Source: Thermodesulfatator sp. (GTDB lineage Bacteria > Desulfobacterota > Thermodesulfobacteria > Thermodesulfobacteriales > Thermodesulfobacteriaceae). Taken from it: DNA of 64,000 nucleotides. Positions 28,502 to 38,304 of this stretch are shown here, in pieces; position 1 is the first letter of the stretch, and each line of letters begins with the position of its first letter. Both the position numbers and the translations under genes were made by a program. Location of the stretch: contig JAMOQE010000045.1 of assembly GCA_027064165.1 (NCBI GenBank), positions 8,504-72,503 on the forward strand, in the 5' to 3' direction. The notes beneath the pieces were generated by a model, which ran no database searches, was not told the origin of the DNA, and worked only from the letters and a program-made list of their open reading frames with translations.

Positions 28502-29080
28502 TTAATTTTTTCCTCCTGCTATTTTCTCCCTCTCTACAGGAATTGGACTACCTTCTACAGGATCATAAATTATACCTGCCTTTTTCAATAATAAAAATCT
28601 ATTGCGCTTCCACTCATCATATCTTATCTGATAAAGCCTCTCCCTATAACTCAAAAAATAATCCATCGCTTTAAGAAGGAGAATATCTATTTTGTCTTCA
28701 AGCCTGAGGTATTCAAAAATACCAAATTTCTCAATAAAATCTTCTCCAAAATCTTCTCTAATAATCTCTTTCAAAAGAAAGAAAAGATGAAGGGCCTTTG
28801 AAGGCTCTGTTTCCTGAATAGCCCTTAGTTGAACCAACCTATCAAGAAAATAATTTGCCTTTTCCCAATCAAAATCACCAAAAATCACATCAATCAATCC
28901 CTGAAAAGTCTCCTCCACCCTATAACCAAAGGGATTCTGAAAACGATCTACCTCTCGCTTAAAAAATTTCTCACTCTCTTTTCCAAAAGACCTCCAAAAC
29001 CTCTCTAACCATTCTTTATATATACCTGACTTCTTACTTTCTAAATACTCTCGCAACTCCCCAGACAACATGGTCCTCAC
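28502..29080 (-). CDS. Uncharacterised soluble protein, RsbRD-N-terminal-domain-like, co-oriented 25 nt upstream of dsrM
   Basis: Helical, charged 189-192 aa protein with no TM. The likely start is ATG 29071, preceded by GTGAGGA. The family name is from memory of similar sequences, not from a search. Confidence 0.4.
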   Translation of the reverse strand: MRTMLSGELREYLESKKSGIYKEWLERFWRSFGKESEKFFKREVDRFQNPFGYRVEETFQGLIDVIFGDFDWEKANYFLDRLVQLRAIQETEPSKALHLFFLLKEIIREDFGEDFIEKFGIFEYLRLEDKIDILLLKAMDYFLSYRERLYQIRYDEWKRNRFLLLKKAGIIYDPVEGSPIPVEREKIAGGKN

Positions 29081-29096
29081 TAAAAGTTTTTAAAAT

Positions 29097-29124
29097 TTTA
29101 TATAACGACTTTGAAAAAAGTCAA
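29097..29124 (-). promoter_or_regulatory. Sigma70-like promoter candidate for the RsbRD_N-like gene and dsrMKJOP
   Basis: On the minus strand: TTGACT (29124..29119), a 16-nt spacer, then TATAAA (29102..29097). Confidence 0.4.
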
Positions 29125-29186
29125 CATTTATTTTAAAAAAAATAAGCCTGTCTGCCCCTTCTTTTCAGTTTAAAAATGGATTTCTT

Positions 29187-30293
29187 TTAAAATTTTTCAA
29201 TTTTTTTAGAATTACTGTAAAGCCTGGGCAATCTTTTAAAAAGAGTTATCCTATCCCTCTGAGAAATCTTGAGTCGCCTTAACATGTCCTCCAGCTCATT
29301 GATTGTATGTTCGTAAACTTTTAAATTTACCTTATATGGATGACCATCTTTACCCCCATGGGCATAAGCATAACAGACAGGATCTTCTCTACAGGCCTTT
29401 ACATCATAAATAAGCTCTGCTGTAAGGGCAAGAGCTCTCAAAGCCCTGGCACCAAGCCCAGGAGTAAGAAGCAGGTCTTTAAATTCCTGGGGAGGATTCT
29501 CATAAGTACTTTCCCAGATTTTTCTAAGAACCTTGGGAGAGATATCCTTTTCCGTAAGAGAATGGGAAGGCTTAAAAAATAAACTTCCTGCCATTTTGAC
29601 TTCTTTTAATACTATAGGAAGATCTTCTTTTAATAAATTAAGCATTGCAGTTTGAGTTGCTTTGCTTTTCCTGGCAACCAGATTTAAAACTTCCTGTTTT
29701 CTTAAGGCTGAAATTATGGCTTTATGGGGATCTTCGCAAAAATTTTTTATCTCAAAAGATTGCCAGTGATATCTCCTGGCATAACCCAGATTCCCCTCCA
29801 TTCCCTGCTGAATAACACCCCAATTGCCTTTCTTAGTAAACACAAAAAGATGAAAATAGATTTGAAATCCATCCTGAATGGCATTATTGTCAATCCTTGC
29901 CACAAGCCTGCTAAAATTTACAAATCTCTGACAATCATTTGTCAGACCTGCTTTATCTCCCCAATGGAGTATTTCCTGCGGCGTCTTAAGGGCAGTTTTT
30001 GCCTTTCCTCCGCAGACAAAAAAGCCTATCTCCTGAAAATAAGGTTTAAGAGCTTCTTTAATAGCTGCTCCCACCGTGGTGGTAAGGCCTGAAGAATGCC
30101 AGTCAAACCCCAAAAGACAACCAAGAGCCTGAAACCACCATGGATCACATACCCTTTTAATGAGTTCATCCTCACCAAATTCTTCGTAAATAAAAAGTAA
30201 AATTGCCCTGCTAAGACGCACCATTCTGTCAAAAAGCCACTTTGGACACCTGCCAGTATGAAGAGGAAGGTCAACCGTATGACGAACAATCAT
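29187..30293 (-). CDS. DUF763-like conserved protein of unknown function
   Basis: The N-terminus VDLPLHTGRCPKWLFDRMVRLSRAI resembles the DUF763 family as I recall it. Its start overlaps the pyrF stop by 4 nt. Confidence 0.5.
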   Translation of the reverse strand: MIVRHTVDLPLHTGRCPKWLFDRMVRLSRAILLFIYEEFGEDELIKRVCDPWWFQALGCLLGFDWHSSGLTTTVGAAIKEALKPYFQEIGFFVCGGKAKTALKTPQEILHWGDKAGLTNDCQRFVNFSRLVARIDNNAIQDGFQIYFHLFVFTKKGNWGVIQQGMEGNLGYARRYHWQSFEIKNFCEDPHKAIISALRKQEVLNLVARKSKATQTAMLNLLKEDLPIVLKEVKMAGSLFFKPSHSLTEKDISPKVLRKIWESTYENPPQEFKDLLLTPGLGARALRALALTAELIYDVKACREDPVCYAYAHGGKDGHPYKVNLKVYEHTINELEDMLRRLKISQRDRITLFKRLPRLYSNSKKIEKF

Positions 30294-31036
30294 TGTGATT
30301 CTTTATTACGCTCTTTTAAAGCTGCCTCAACCTGATTTAAAATTTCCTGACAAACTGCTTCAGGATTTTCTGCTTCCCTTACAGGCCTTCCAACAACCAA
30401 ATAATCTGCTCCAGAAAGGATAGCTTCATAAGGGGTTGCTGTACGAAGTTGATCATCCCTTTTTTTATCGTTTTCTTCAAGCCTTATACCAGGGACAACA
30501 GTAAATACCTGAGGGAAAGCCTCTTTTATTCTGGCAACTTCCCTGGCAGAGCATACAATGCCATCACATCCACTGTTTACCGCAAGGCTTCCCAGTCTGA
30601 AAGCAAGCTCTCTGGGATCCCTTGCCAGTTCCCCATAAAAACCGAGCTGCATAAGATCTGCCCTATCAAGAGAAGTAAGAATGGTCACTGCTACTATTTT
30701 CAAATTATTATAAGCATTTTCAACTGCTTTTTTTAAAGCACCCTCACCTGAAAGGGTATGTACTGTAATCCAGTCCACTCCAAGCTCAGAGGCGGATCTC
30801 ACAGCGCCAGCCACAGTATTGGGTATGTCACAAAACTTAAGATCAAGAAAAATTTTTTTTGCTCCTGCCTTTCTCACCCTTTCCACCACCTTGGGGCCCG
30901 AAGCCACAAAAAGCTCCAGACCAATTTTAAACACACCTACGAAAGGTGAGAGCTTTTGCACCCAGGAAACAGCCTCTTTCACACCTGCCACATCAAGAGG
31001 AAAAACCAATCTCTCCTGAGGATCAAGACCCACCAT
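30290..31036 (-). CDS. pyrF: Orotidine 5'-phosphate decarboxylase
   Basis: LDLKFCDIPNTV and VVGRPV motifs, 248 aa. Confidence 0.9.
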   Translation of the reverse strand: MVGLDPQERLVFPLDVAGVKEAVSWVQKLSPFVGVFKIGLELFVASGPKVVERVRKAGAKKIFLDLKFCDIPNTVAGAVRSASELGVDWITVHTLSGEGALKKAVENAYNNLKIVAVTILTSLDRADLMQLGFYGELARDPRELAFRLGSLAVNSGCDGIVCSAREVARIKEAFPQVFTVVPGIRLEENDKKRDDQLRTATPYEAILSGADYLVVGRPVREAENPEAVCQEILNQVEAALKERNKESQ

Positions 31037-31487
31037 CCTTCCTCTCTCCCAATGCCTTTATTTGAGTAATAAACTCTGAAACATCCTTAAATTCTTTATA
31101 TACCGAAGCAAATCTTATATAAGCCACTTTATCCCACCTTTTTAAGGCTTCCATTACTTTTTCTCCAATATAGGAAGATGGAATCTCCCTCTCTCCTTTT
31201 TGAATAAGTTCAAGCTCAAGAGAAGAAATAAATTTTCTTATGGTATCCTCGCTGATGGGCCTTTTATGACAGGCCTTTCTTATACCGGCAAGCAGTTTTT
31301 CTCTGCTATAAGCCTCTCTCCTTCCATCTTTTTTCAGAATCACAAAATCCATATCCACTCTTTCATAAGTAGTAAATCTGTAACCGCAGGAAGAGCACTC
31401 CCTCCTTCTTCTTATAGCAAAACCATCTTCAATAATTCTTGAGTCAATTACTTTTGTATCTTCTGCCTTACACTTGGGACAACGCAT
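31023..31487 (-). CDS. nrdR: Transcriptional repressor NrdR
   Basis: MRCPKC...V.DSR zinc ribbon, RRRECSSCGYRFTTYE, and an ATP-cone C-terminal part. Confidence 0.95.
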   Translation of the reverse strand: MRCPKCKAEDTKVIDSRIIEDGFAIRRRRECSSCGYRFTTYERVDMDFVILKKDGRREAYSREKLLAGIRKACHKRPISEDTIRKFISSLELELIQKGEREIPSSYIGEKVMEALKRWDKVAYIRFASVYKEFKDVSEFITQIKALGERKDGGS

Positions 31488-32894
31488 TTGGTTTATTTTA
31501 ATATCCTTGTAAAAATTTTAAAGAGGTTTAAAATATTTTCCAAAGTGATAAACAATAAGATTTACTACACTGTAAAAGAAGTTACAGCCAATTTAAAAGA
31601 CCTCCTGGAAAGAAACTTTTCTCACATCTGGATTGAGGGTGAAATCAGCAATCTCAAACAGAGTCAAACAGGACACATTTATTTTAATCTGGTAGAAGAA
31701 GAGGCGAGTTTGAAATGTGTAATCTTTAAAAATCACCTTTCTGAAGAAACAAAAACTTTCTTAAAAAATGGGATAAAAGTCCTTGCCTTTGGGACTTTAA
31801 GTTTTTATGGAAGAAGTGGAGAATGTTCTTTTATAGTAAAAAGACTTTCTCCCATAGGAAAAGGTCTTATAATGCTAAAAAAGGAAATTTTGATAAAGAA
31901 ATATGCAGCCCTTTTTGCCAGAGAAAGAAAAAAGGCAATTCCCCTTTATCCCAGAAAAGTAGCTGTAATTACTTCTCTTTTCGGGGCAGCCCTTAAAGAC
32001 TTCCTTAAAGTGGGGCTTTCCCGGTGGAAGACCCATATTCTCGTATATCCCGTAAGAGTTCAAGGAGAAGGTGCAGAAAAAGAAATTGTAAGGGCAATAA
32101 GAGACATAAATCTTTATTTTCAGGATGTGGAAGTAATTGTTATTACAAGGGGTGGTGGCTCTATTGAAGACCTTGCTCCGTTTTATACTGAAGACATTAT
32201 CCTTGGTATAAAAGATTCAAAAATTCCTGTAGTTTCTGCAGTAGGTCACGAAATAGATGTTACCCTATGTGATCTCATTGCAGATAAAAGGTGCCCTACC
32301 CCCACTGCAGCAGCTCAAGAAGTATTTCCAGATGCCTCCCTTGTTAAAGAAAGACTTGAGGCACTTTCTAAAAAACTCGTTAAATTGGTAAGTTTAAAAA
32401 TCTCAGAGAAAGAAGGAAGGCTTTTTGAGTACAAACTTAATCTTGAACAAAATAGCCCTTATAAAAAACTTCAAAAGCTTGAGACACTTCTCAAAAAACT
32501 GAACTATCAATTACAAATGGCCATAAAAGATCGGCTTTTATTTGAAGAAAAAAATTTGAGGAAGCTCAAAGAAAAACTGAATAGTTGTAGTCCTGAAGCA
32601 AAATTGAAAAGTATTTTACAAAAAATTGAGTTCTGGAAGGAAAAATTGGGATATACCCTGCAAAAAAAGCTTGAACTTGAAAGGAAGAGGCTTATCCATC
32701 TTAAAACACTCCTCTTTTCATTATCACCTTTAAATGTTCTGGAAAGGGGGTATAGTATAGTAAGAAATGTTAGGACCGGAGCCATCGTGAAAGCATCAAA
32801 AGAGGTATCTCCCGGAGAAAAGCTTGAAATATTGCTTGCCAGAGGAAGACTTCTGGTAAAAGTGCTGGAGGTAAAGAATGGAGATAAAGCCTGA
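31488..32894 (+). CDS. xseA: Exodeoxyribonuclease VII large subunit
   Basis: OB-fold N-terminus (VKEVT..LK.LLE..F..IWIEGEISN), ITRGGGSIEDL and a long coiled-coil tail. The real start is probably GTG 31545, because the listed TTG abuts the divergent nrdR start. Confidence 0.85.
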   Translation: MVYFNILVKILKRFKIFSKVINNKIYYTVKEVTANLKDLLERNFSHIWIEGEISNLKQSQTGHIYFNLVEEEASLKCVIFKNHLSEETKTFLKNGIKVLAFGTLSFYGRSGECSFIVKRLSPIGKGLIMLKKEILIKKYAALFARERKKAIPLYPRKVAVITSLFGAALKDFLKVGLSRWKTHILVYPVRVQGEGAEKEIVRAIRDINLYFQDVEVIVITRGGGSIEDLAPFYTEDIILGIKDSKIPVVSAVGHEIDVTLCDLIADKRCPTPTAAAQEVFPDASLVKERLEALSKKLVKLVSLKISEKEGRLFEYKLNLEQNSPYKKLQKLETLLKKLNYQLQMAIKDRLLFEEKNLRKLKEKLNSCSPEAKLKSILQKIEFWKEKLGYTLQKKLELERKRLIHLKTLLFSLSPLNVLERGYSIVRNVRTGAIVKASKEVSPGEKLEILLARGRLLVKVLEVKNGDKA

Positions 32895-33114
32895 AGATAT
32901 TAAATTTGAAGAGGCTTTAAAAAGAATTGAAGAAATCGTAAAAAAATTAGAAAATGGAGAGTCAAGTCTGGAAGAAGCATTAAAATTATATGAAGAAGGC
33001 ATATACTTAATAAAATTGTGTGAAAAAATGTTAAATCAGGCCAGAGAAAGGGTTGAAATAATTCTCAAAGAAGGAGAAGGTTTTAAATTGGAGCCCCTGG
33101 ATGAGAGTAATTGA
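32878..33114 (+). CDS. xseB: Exodeoxyribonuclease VII small subunit
   Basis: FEEALKRIEEIVKKLENGESSLEEALKLYEEG is the typical XseB core. Confidence 0.9.
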   Translation: MEIKPEDIKFEEALKRIEEIVKKLENGESSLEEALKLYEEGIYLIKLCEKMLNQARERVEIILKEGEGFKLEPLDESN

Positions 33115-33988
33115 GTATTTAAATATTGCAGCAGAAGAAATAGAGAAAGTTTTAAAAGATTATCTTCCAGATGGAGAATATGGGAAAAGAGTGGTTGAAG
33201 CAGCAAAATACAGCCTTTTTGCAGGGGGAAAAAGACTGAGGCCTGCCCTTTGTTTTGCAGGTTGTGAAGCAGTTGGGGGAAAGAAAGAACAGGTAGCATT
33301 TTTTGCTGCAGGAATTGAGTGCCTTCATACCTATTCTCTTATCCATGACGATCTTCCCTGTATGGATGACGATGACTTAAGAAGGGGGAAACCTTCCTGC
33401 CATAAAGCCTTTGATGAAGCCACAGCTGTGCTTGCAGGAGACGGACTCCAAGCCCTTGCCTTTGAACTTTTTACCCATCCGCTACAAGTAAAAAATACCA
33501 CTCCCTCCAGACTAATCAAAGCTATTAGAACTATTGCCAGAGCTGTAGGTTTTGAGGGTATGGTGGGTGGCCAGATGGCTGATCTTTTAATGGAAGGGAA
33601 AAAAGGAGGAATCAGAGTCCTCAAGTGGATTCACCTTCACAAAACTGTGAGACTTATTGAGGCCTCAGTTGTATGTGGAGCAATTCTTGCAGGAGGCAAC
33701 AAAAGGCAAATACAAACCCTGTCAAAGTATGGAAAATACTTAGGGCTTGCCTTTCAAGTTATAGATGACATACTTGATATTACAGGAGATGAAAAAAAGC
33801 TTGGAAAGAAAGTCCATTCAGATATAAAAAAAGAAAAGCTTACCTACCCTGCACTGGTAGGGCTTCCAGAATCAAAAGAGCTTGCCAGAAAATATACAGA
33901 GCAAGCAGTATCATCATTAAAGCCTCTTGGCGAAAAGGGGAAATTTTTGAAAGAACTTGCTTACTTTTTATTAGAAAGAGCCTTCTAA
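33101..33988 (+). CDS. ispA: (2E,6E)-farnesyl diphosphate synthase / geranyltranstransferase
   Basis: First and second Asp-rich motifs (LIHDDLPCMDDDDLRRG, QVIDDILD). xseB-ispA-dxs is a conserved order. Confidence 0.9.
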   Translation: MRVIEYLNIAAEEIEKVLKDYLPDGEYGKRVVEAAKYSLFAGGKRLRPALCFAGCEAVGGKKEQVAFFAAGIECLHTYSLIHDDLPCMDDDDLRRGKPSCHKAFDEATAVLAGDGLQALAFELFTHPLQVKNTTPSRLIKAIRTIARAVGFEGMVGGQMADLLMEGKKGGIRVLKWIHLHKTVRLIEASVVCGAILAGGNKRQIQTLSKYGKYLGLAFQVIDDILDITGDEKKLGKKVHSDIKKEKLTYPALVGLPESKELARKYTEQAVSSLKPLGEKGKFLKELAYFLLERAF

Positions 33989-34000
33989 TGGGGTGAAAGT

Positions 34001-35875
34001 ATGAAAAAATTTCTCTCCAAAATCAACTCTCCTGAAGACATTAAAAAATTAAAATTTTCTCAGCTCCAATCCCTTGCCAAAGAAATAAGGGAATACATTT
34101 TGGAAGTGGTTTCTCAAAATGGTGGCCACCTTGCCCCTAATCTTGGCACTGTTGAGCTTACCCTTGCCCTTCATTATGTTTTTGATTCTCCGAAAGACAT
34201 AATTATCTGGGATGTAGGCCACCAGTGTTACACTCACAAAATTATCACAGGAAGAAGGGAGGTGTTCCCAACTTTAAGAAAGTGGAAAGGAATTTCTGGC
34301 TTCCCCAAAAGGGAAGAAAGCCCTCACGACTTTCTGGACACCGGTCACAGTAGCACCTCTATTTCCGCAGGCCTTGGAATGGCAACTGCTTTGAGACTAA
34401 AAAAAGAAAAAAACAGAAAGGTGGTTGTGATAATAGGAGATGGCTCTATCACAGCAGGGCTTGCTTTTGAAGGCCTGAACAACGCAGGATTCCAGAAAGA
34501 AGACCTACTTATTATTCTTAATGACAATGAGATGTCCATTTCTTCAAATGTTGGCGCTTTATCTTCTTTTGTTTCTAAAAGACTTACCGGTAATCTTACC
34601 CGGTTTATAAAGAAAGAAATGGAAAAAATTGCCCACAAATTCCCTGGAGGAGAAGGTATTCTCACCCTTTTAAAAAAGGGAGAAGATCTTTTAAAAATTG
34701 CTATTACTCCAGGAGCACTCTTTACAGCCCTCAATTTTGAATATGTAGGTCCTGTAGATGGGCATGACATAGAACTTCTTGTTGATATTTTAAAAAACCT
34801 AAAAAAAATGAAAGGGCCTATTATTTTTCATGTTATTACCAGGAAAGGAAAAGGGTATCCACCTGCTGAAAAAGATCCCGAGACATTTCACGGAGTTGGG
34901 CCTTTTGATTTAAAGACAGGCAAGATTATAAAAAAAGCCAATATGCCTCCTACCTATACAGAAATTTTCGGACGCACAATTATAAGACTGGCAGAAATTG
35001 AACCCAGGCTCGTGGCTATTACTGCAGCCATGAAAACAGGTACAGGTTTAAAAGAGTTTGCTGAAAGATTCCCTGAAAGATTTTTTGATGTGGGAATATG
35101 TGAACAGCATGCGGTGACCTTTGCTGCTGGCCTTGCCCTGCAGGGAATGCTACCAGTCTGCGCCATTTATTCCACCTTTCTCCAGAGGGCTTTTGACCAG
35201 TTAATTCACGATGTTGCTCTTAATCAGGCAAAGGTAATCTTTGCCATAGACAGGGCAGGGCTTGTAGGAGAAGATGGCCCAACCCATCACGGGGCATTTG
35301 ATCTTTCGTATTTAAGGTTAATTCCAGGCTTTGTAGTAATGGTACCAAGGGATGAAAATCAGCTACAACACATGCTATATAGTGCTCTTGAGTATCCCCA
35401 TCCCACAGCAATCAGGTATCCCCGTGGATATGGAGAAGGAGTAAGCCTTGATTGGGAGCTAAAAAAAATTCCTCTGGGTAAAGCAGAATTGTTAAAAGCT
35501 GGCACAGACATCTCAGTTTTTGGAGCAGGGCCCTGTCTTTACACCGCACTTGAAACAGCAAATAGCCTGGAAAAAGAAGGAATAAGCGTTGAAATAATTG
35601 ATGTAAGATTTATAAAGCCATTGGATGAGGAAACTATACTTTCCTCTGCAAAGAAAACAGGAAAGGTCTTGGTTATAGAAGAAAACACCTGCATAGGAGG
35701 GCTTTCTTCTGCTATAGCTGAACTTCTTATAGACCGCCTTCCTACTGTAAAATTCAAAAAAATTGCCCTTCCCGATAAATTTATTGAACATGGTGACTTA
35801 AAAACATTAAGAGAATTATGCGGCCTTAGTAAAGAAAATATTAAAGCCAGCCTTTTAGATTTGGCTGAGGAATAG
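34001..35875 (+). CDS. dxs: 1-deoxy-D-xylulose-5-phosphate synthase
   Basis: GGHLAPNLG, GHSSTSISAGLG and IGDGS.TAG TPP motifs, 624 aa. Confidence 0.95.
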   Translation: MKKFLSKINSPEDIKKLKFSQLQSLAKEIREYILEVVSQNGGHLAPNLGTVELTLALHYVFDSPKDIIIWDVGHQCYTHKIITGRREVFPTLRKWKGISGFPKREESPHDFLDTGHSSTSISAGLGMATALRLKKEKNRKVVVIIGDGSITAGLAFEGLNNAGFQKEDLLIILNDNEMSISSNVGALSSFVSKRLTGNLTRFIKKEMEKIAHKFPGGEGILTLLKKGEDLLKIAITPGALFTALNFEYVGPVDGHDIELLVDILKNLKKMKGPIIFHVITRKGKGYPPAEKDPETFHGVGPFDLKTGKIIKKANMPPTYTEIFGRTIIRLAEIEPRLVAITAAMKTGTGLKEFAERFPERFFDVGICEQHAVTFAAGLALQGMLPVCAIYSTFLQRAFDQLIHDVALNQAKVIFAIDRAGLVGEDGPTHHGAFDLSYLRLIPGFVVMVPRDENQLQHMLYSALEYPHPTAIRYPRGYGEGVSLDWELKKIPLGKAELLKAGTDISVFGAGPCLYTALETANSLEKEGISVEIIDVRFIKPLDEETILSSAKKTGKVLVIEENTCIGGLSSAIAELLIDRLPTVKFKKIALPDKFIEHGDLKTLRELCGLSKENIKASLLDLAEE

Positions 35876-35881
35876 CAATCC

Positions 35882-38038
35882 ATGGGCAATATTACTATTA
35901 AAAAGATCTTGGATCAGATACATAGCTATCTTCCTGAATGCAATACTTCTCTGGTAGAAAAGGCCTATAAATGGGCAGAAAAACTTCATGAGGGACAGTT
36001 TAGAAAGTCTGGTGAGCCTTATATTTCACATCCCCTGGAAGTAGCCTATATTCTTGCTCAAATGAAGCTTGACCTCCCTACTATTGCAGCTGGGCTTCTT
36101 CACGATGCTGTAGAGGATACCGATGTTTCTCTGGAAGATATAAAGCGAGAATTTGGTGAAGAAGTAGCCTTTATAGTGGATGGAGTAACCAAACTTAAAA
36201 ATCTTCCGAGCAGCAGTGATAAAACCGCCAAGCAAGCTGAAAACTTGCGCAAGATTATCCTTGCCATGTCAAAAGACTTAAGGGTAATCCTGGTGAAACT
36301 GGCTGATAGACTCCACAACATGCGCACACTTCAATATCAACCAGAACACAAGCAAAAAAGAATTGCCAGAGAAACTCTTGAAATATATGCTCCTCTTGCT
36401 GCCCGTCTGGGTATTGATTGGATAAAAAGTGAACTGGAGGACCTTTCTTTTAAATTTCTTTATCCTCATGAATATAATCGGCTTAAGACAGAAGTTGCAA
36501 AAAGGGTAGAGGCAGCAAAAGAATATGTGGAAAAAGTAAAAGCTATTTTAAAAGAGCTTCTTGAAAATAGCGGAATAAAAGGAAGAGTCCTTGGAAGGGT
36601 AAAACATCTTTACAGCGTTTATAGAAAACTTGAAAAATATGGACTTACTATTAATGACCTTGACCAAATTTATGACCTCATTGGCTTTAGAATAATTGTT
36701 AACACGGTGGAAGAATGTTACAGAGTACTTGGGATTGTTCATGCAAAATGGACTCCTATCCCAGGACGCTTTAAAGACTACATAAGCCTTCCCAAGCCAA
36801 ATATGTACCAAAGTCTTCACACCACAGTGCTTGGGCCAGAGGGAAAAAAGGTTGAGATACAGATTCGCACAGAATATATGGATAAAATAGCAAATGAAGG
36901 AATTGCTGCCCATTTTCTTTACAAAGAAGGAAAGTGTCTTTCAGGGAAGGATTTTAAGCAATTTGCATGGTTAAAAAAGCTAATAGAGCTTCAAAAAGAA
37001 CTTAAGCACCCAAGAGAGTTTCTGGAGTCTTTGAAGCTGGATCTTTTCCCGGAAGAAATTTATGTCTTTACCCCCAAGGGAGATGTAATAGTACTTCCTG
37101 TAGGAGCCACCCCACTTGACTTTGCCTATACCATTCACACAGAAATAGGCCATCACTGTGTAAGGGCCTTTGTAAATGACAGACTTGTGCCTTTAGATTA
37201 CAAACTTGAAACCGGAGATGTGGTACGAATTGAAACTTCACCTTCCCAAAAGCCCAGCAGAGACTGGTTAAAAATCGTTAAAACTGGAAGGGCAAGAAGC
37301 AGAATAAAAAGCTGGTTTAAAAAGGAAGAAAAAGAAAAATTAATCAATCTGGGCAAAGAAATCTTAAATAAGGCCTTTAAAAAAGTAGGATTTTCCTTTA
37401 ATGCCTTTTTAAAAGCAAAAGAAACTACAGAGCTCCTCAAGAAGCTCGGAGTAAAGGACCTTGATGAGCTTTTTTATCAAATAGGAAGCAGCAAAATAAC
37501 AGCAAAGCAGGTTTTAAAAACTTTTTCTGAACTTACAGGGGCTTTTTCTTATAAAGATGAAGGGAAAGAAGAAAAAAAGAGAATAAAACTTCCTAAACCA
37601 GGAGAAATTTTAAGTGTAGATGGAACAAAGGACATTCTTTTTCACCTTGCGCAATGTTGCAAACCAATTCCTGGAGACGAAGTTATAGGATACATTACAC
37701 GAGGTAAAGGAATTTCTGTCCATCGTGTAGACTGTCCCAATTTAAAGGACTTTGACCCGGAAAGACTTATAGAAGTCAAATGGGAAAAACCTGATGGAAA
37801 GGCCTATCCGGCTCATTTATACATTGTAGCCCATGATAGAAAAGGACTTCTTGCCAGTATAACTGCCGCTATAGCAGAGGCAGAAAGCAACATTTTAAAG
37901 GCACATTTACGCACTTCTGGAAATAAAGCCTATTTTGAAGTCTATGTAGAAGTCTTTGATAGGGCACACCTTAATAAGGTAATTTCCAACATTACAAGAG
38001 TGCAAGATGTGCTCAAAGTAGAAAGGAGGCTGAATTAA
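35882..38038 (+). CDS. relA: Bifunctional (p)ppGpp synthetase/hydrolase (RelA/SpoT homologue)
   Basis: HD domain (HPLEVA..LLHDAVEDT), synthetase domain (YRSLHTTV-like QSLHTTV, EIQIRT), and TGS and ACT regions. Confidence 0.9.
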   Translation: MGNITIKKILDQIHSYLPECNTSLVEKAYKWAEKLHEGQFRKSGEPYISHPLEVAYILAQMKLDLPTIAAGLLHDAVEDTDVSLEDIKREFGEEVAFIVDGVTKLKNLPSSSDKTAKQAENLRKIILAMSKDLRVILVKLADRLHNMRTLQYQPEHKQKRIARETLEIYAPLAARLGIDWIKSELEDLSFKFLYPHEYNRLKTEVAKRVEAAKEYVEKVKAILKELLENSGIKGRVLGRVKHLYSVYRKLEKYGLTINDLDQIYDLIGFRIIVNTVEECYRVLGIVHAKWTPIPGRFKDYISLPKPNMYQSLHTTVLGPEGKKVEIQIRTEYMDKIANEGIAAHFLYKEGKCLSGKDFKQFAWLKKLIELQKELKHPREFLESLKLDLFPEEIYVFTPKGDVIVLPVGATPLDFAYTIHTEIGHHCVRAFVNDRLVPLDYKLETGDVVRIETSPSQKPSRDWLKIVKTGRARSRIKSWFKKEEKEKLINLGKEILNKAFKKVGFSFNAFLKAKETTELLKKLGVKDLDELFYQIGSSKITAKQVLKTFSELTGAFSYKDEGKEEKKRIKLPKPGEILSVDGTKDILFHLAQCCKPIPGDEVIGYITRGKGISVHRVDCPNLKDFDPERLIEVKWEKPDGKAYPAHLYIVAHDRKGLLASITAAIAEAESNILKAHLRTSGNKAYFEVYVEVFDRAHLNKVISNITRVQDVLKVERRLN

Positions 38039-38232
38039 CTTACAGCTTTCTGCACCTTTCCCGCTTTGATACACCTGGTACAAACTCTCATTCTCTTTAC
38101 CTGACCATTGGGAAGTTTTACTCTTATTCTCTGAATATTAGGATACCACCACCTTCCAGACCTTTTACAGGAATGGCTAACTTTATGACCTGAAGAGGGT
38201 CTTCTTCCACAGATCTCACATATCTTGGACAC
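38035..38232 (-). CDS. rpmB: 50S ribosomal protein L28
   Basis: MSKICEICGRRPSSGHKVSHS...R.W.PN is a typical L28 sequence. GTG start preceded by GGAGG. Confidence 0.9.
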   Translation of the reverse strand: MSKICEICGRRPSSGHKVSHSCKRSGRWWYPNIQRIRVKLPNGQVKRMRVCTRCIKAGKVQKAVS

Positions 38233-38304
38233 GGCTTTCCTCCTTTCCCAGATTTTGTAGGCCAGTTAATAATAATCTAAATTTCAATTTTTGCAAGTAA
38301 AATT

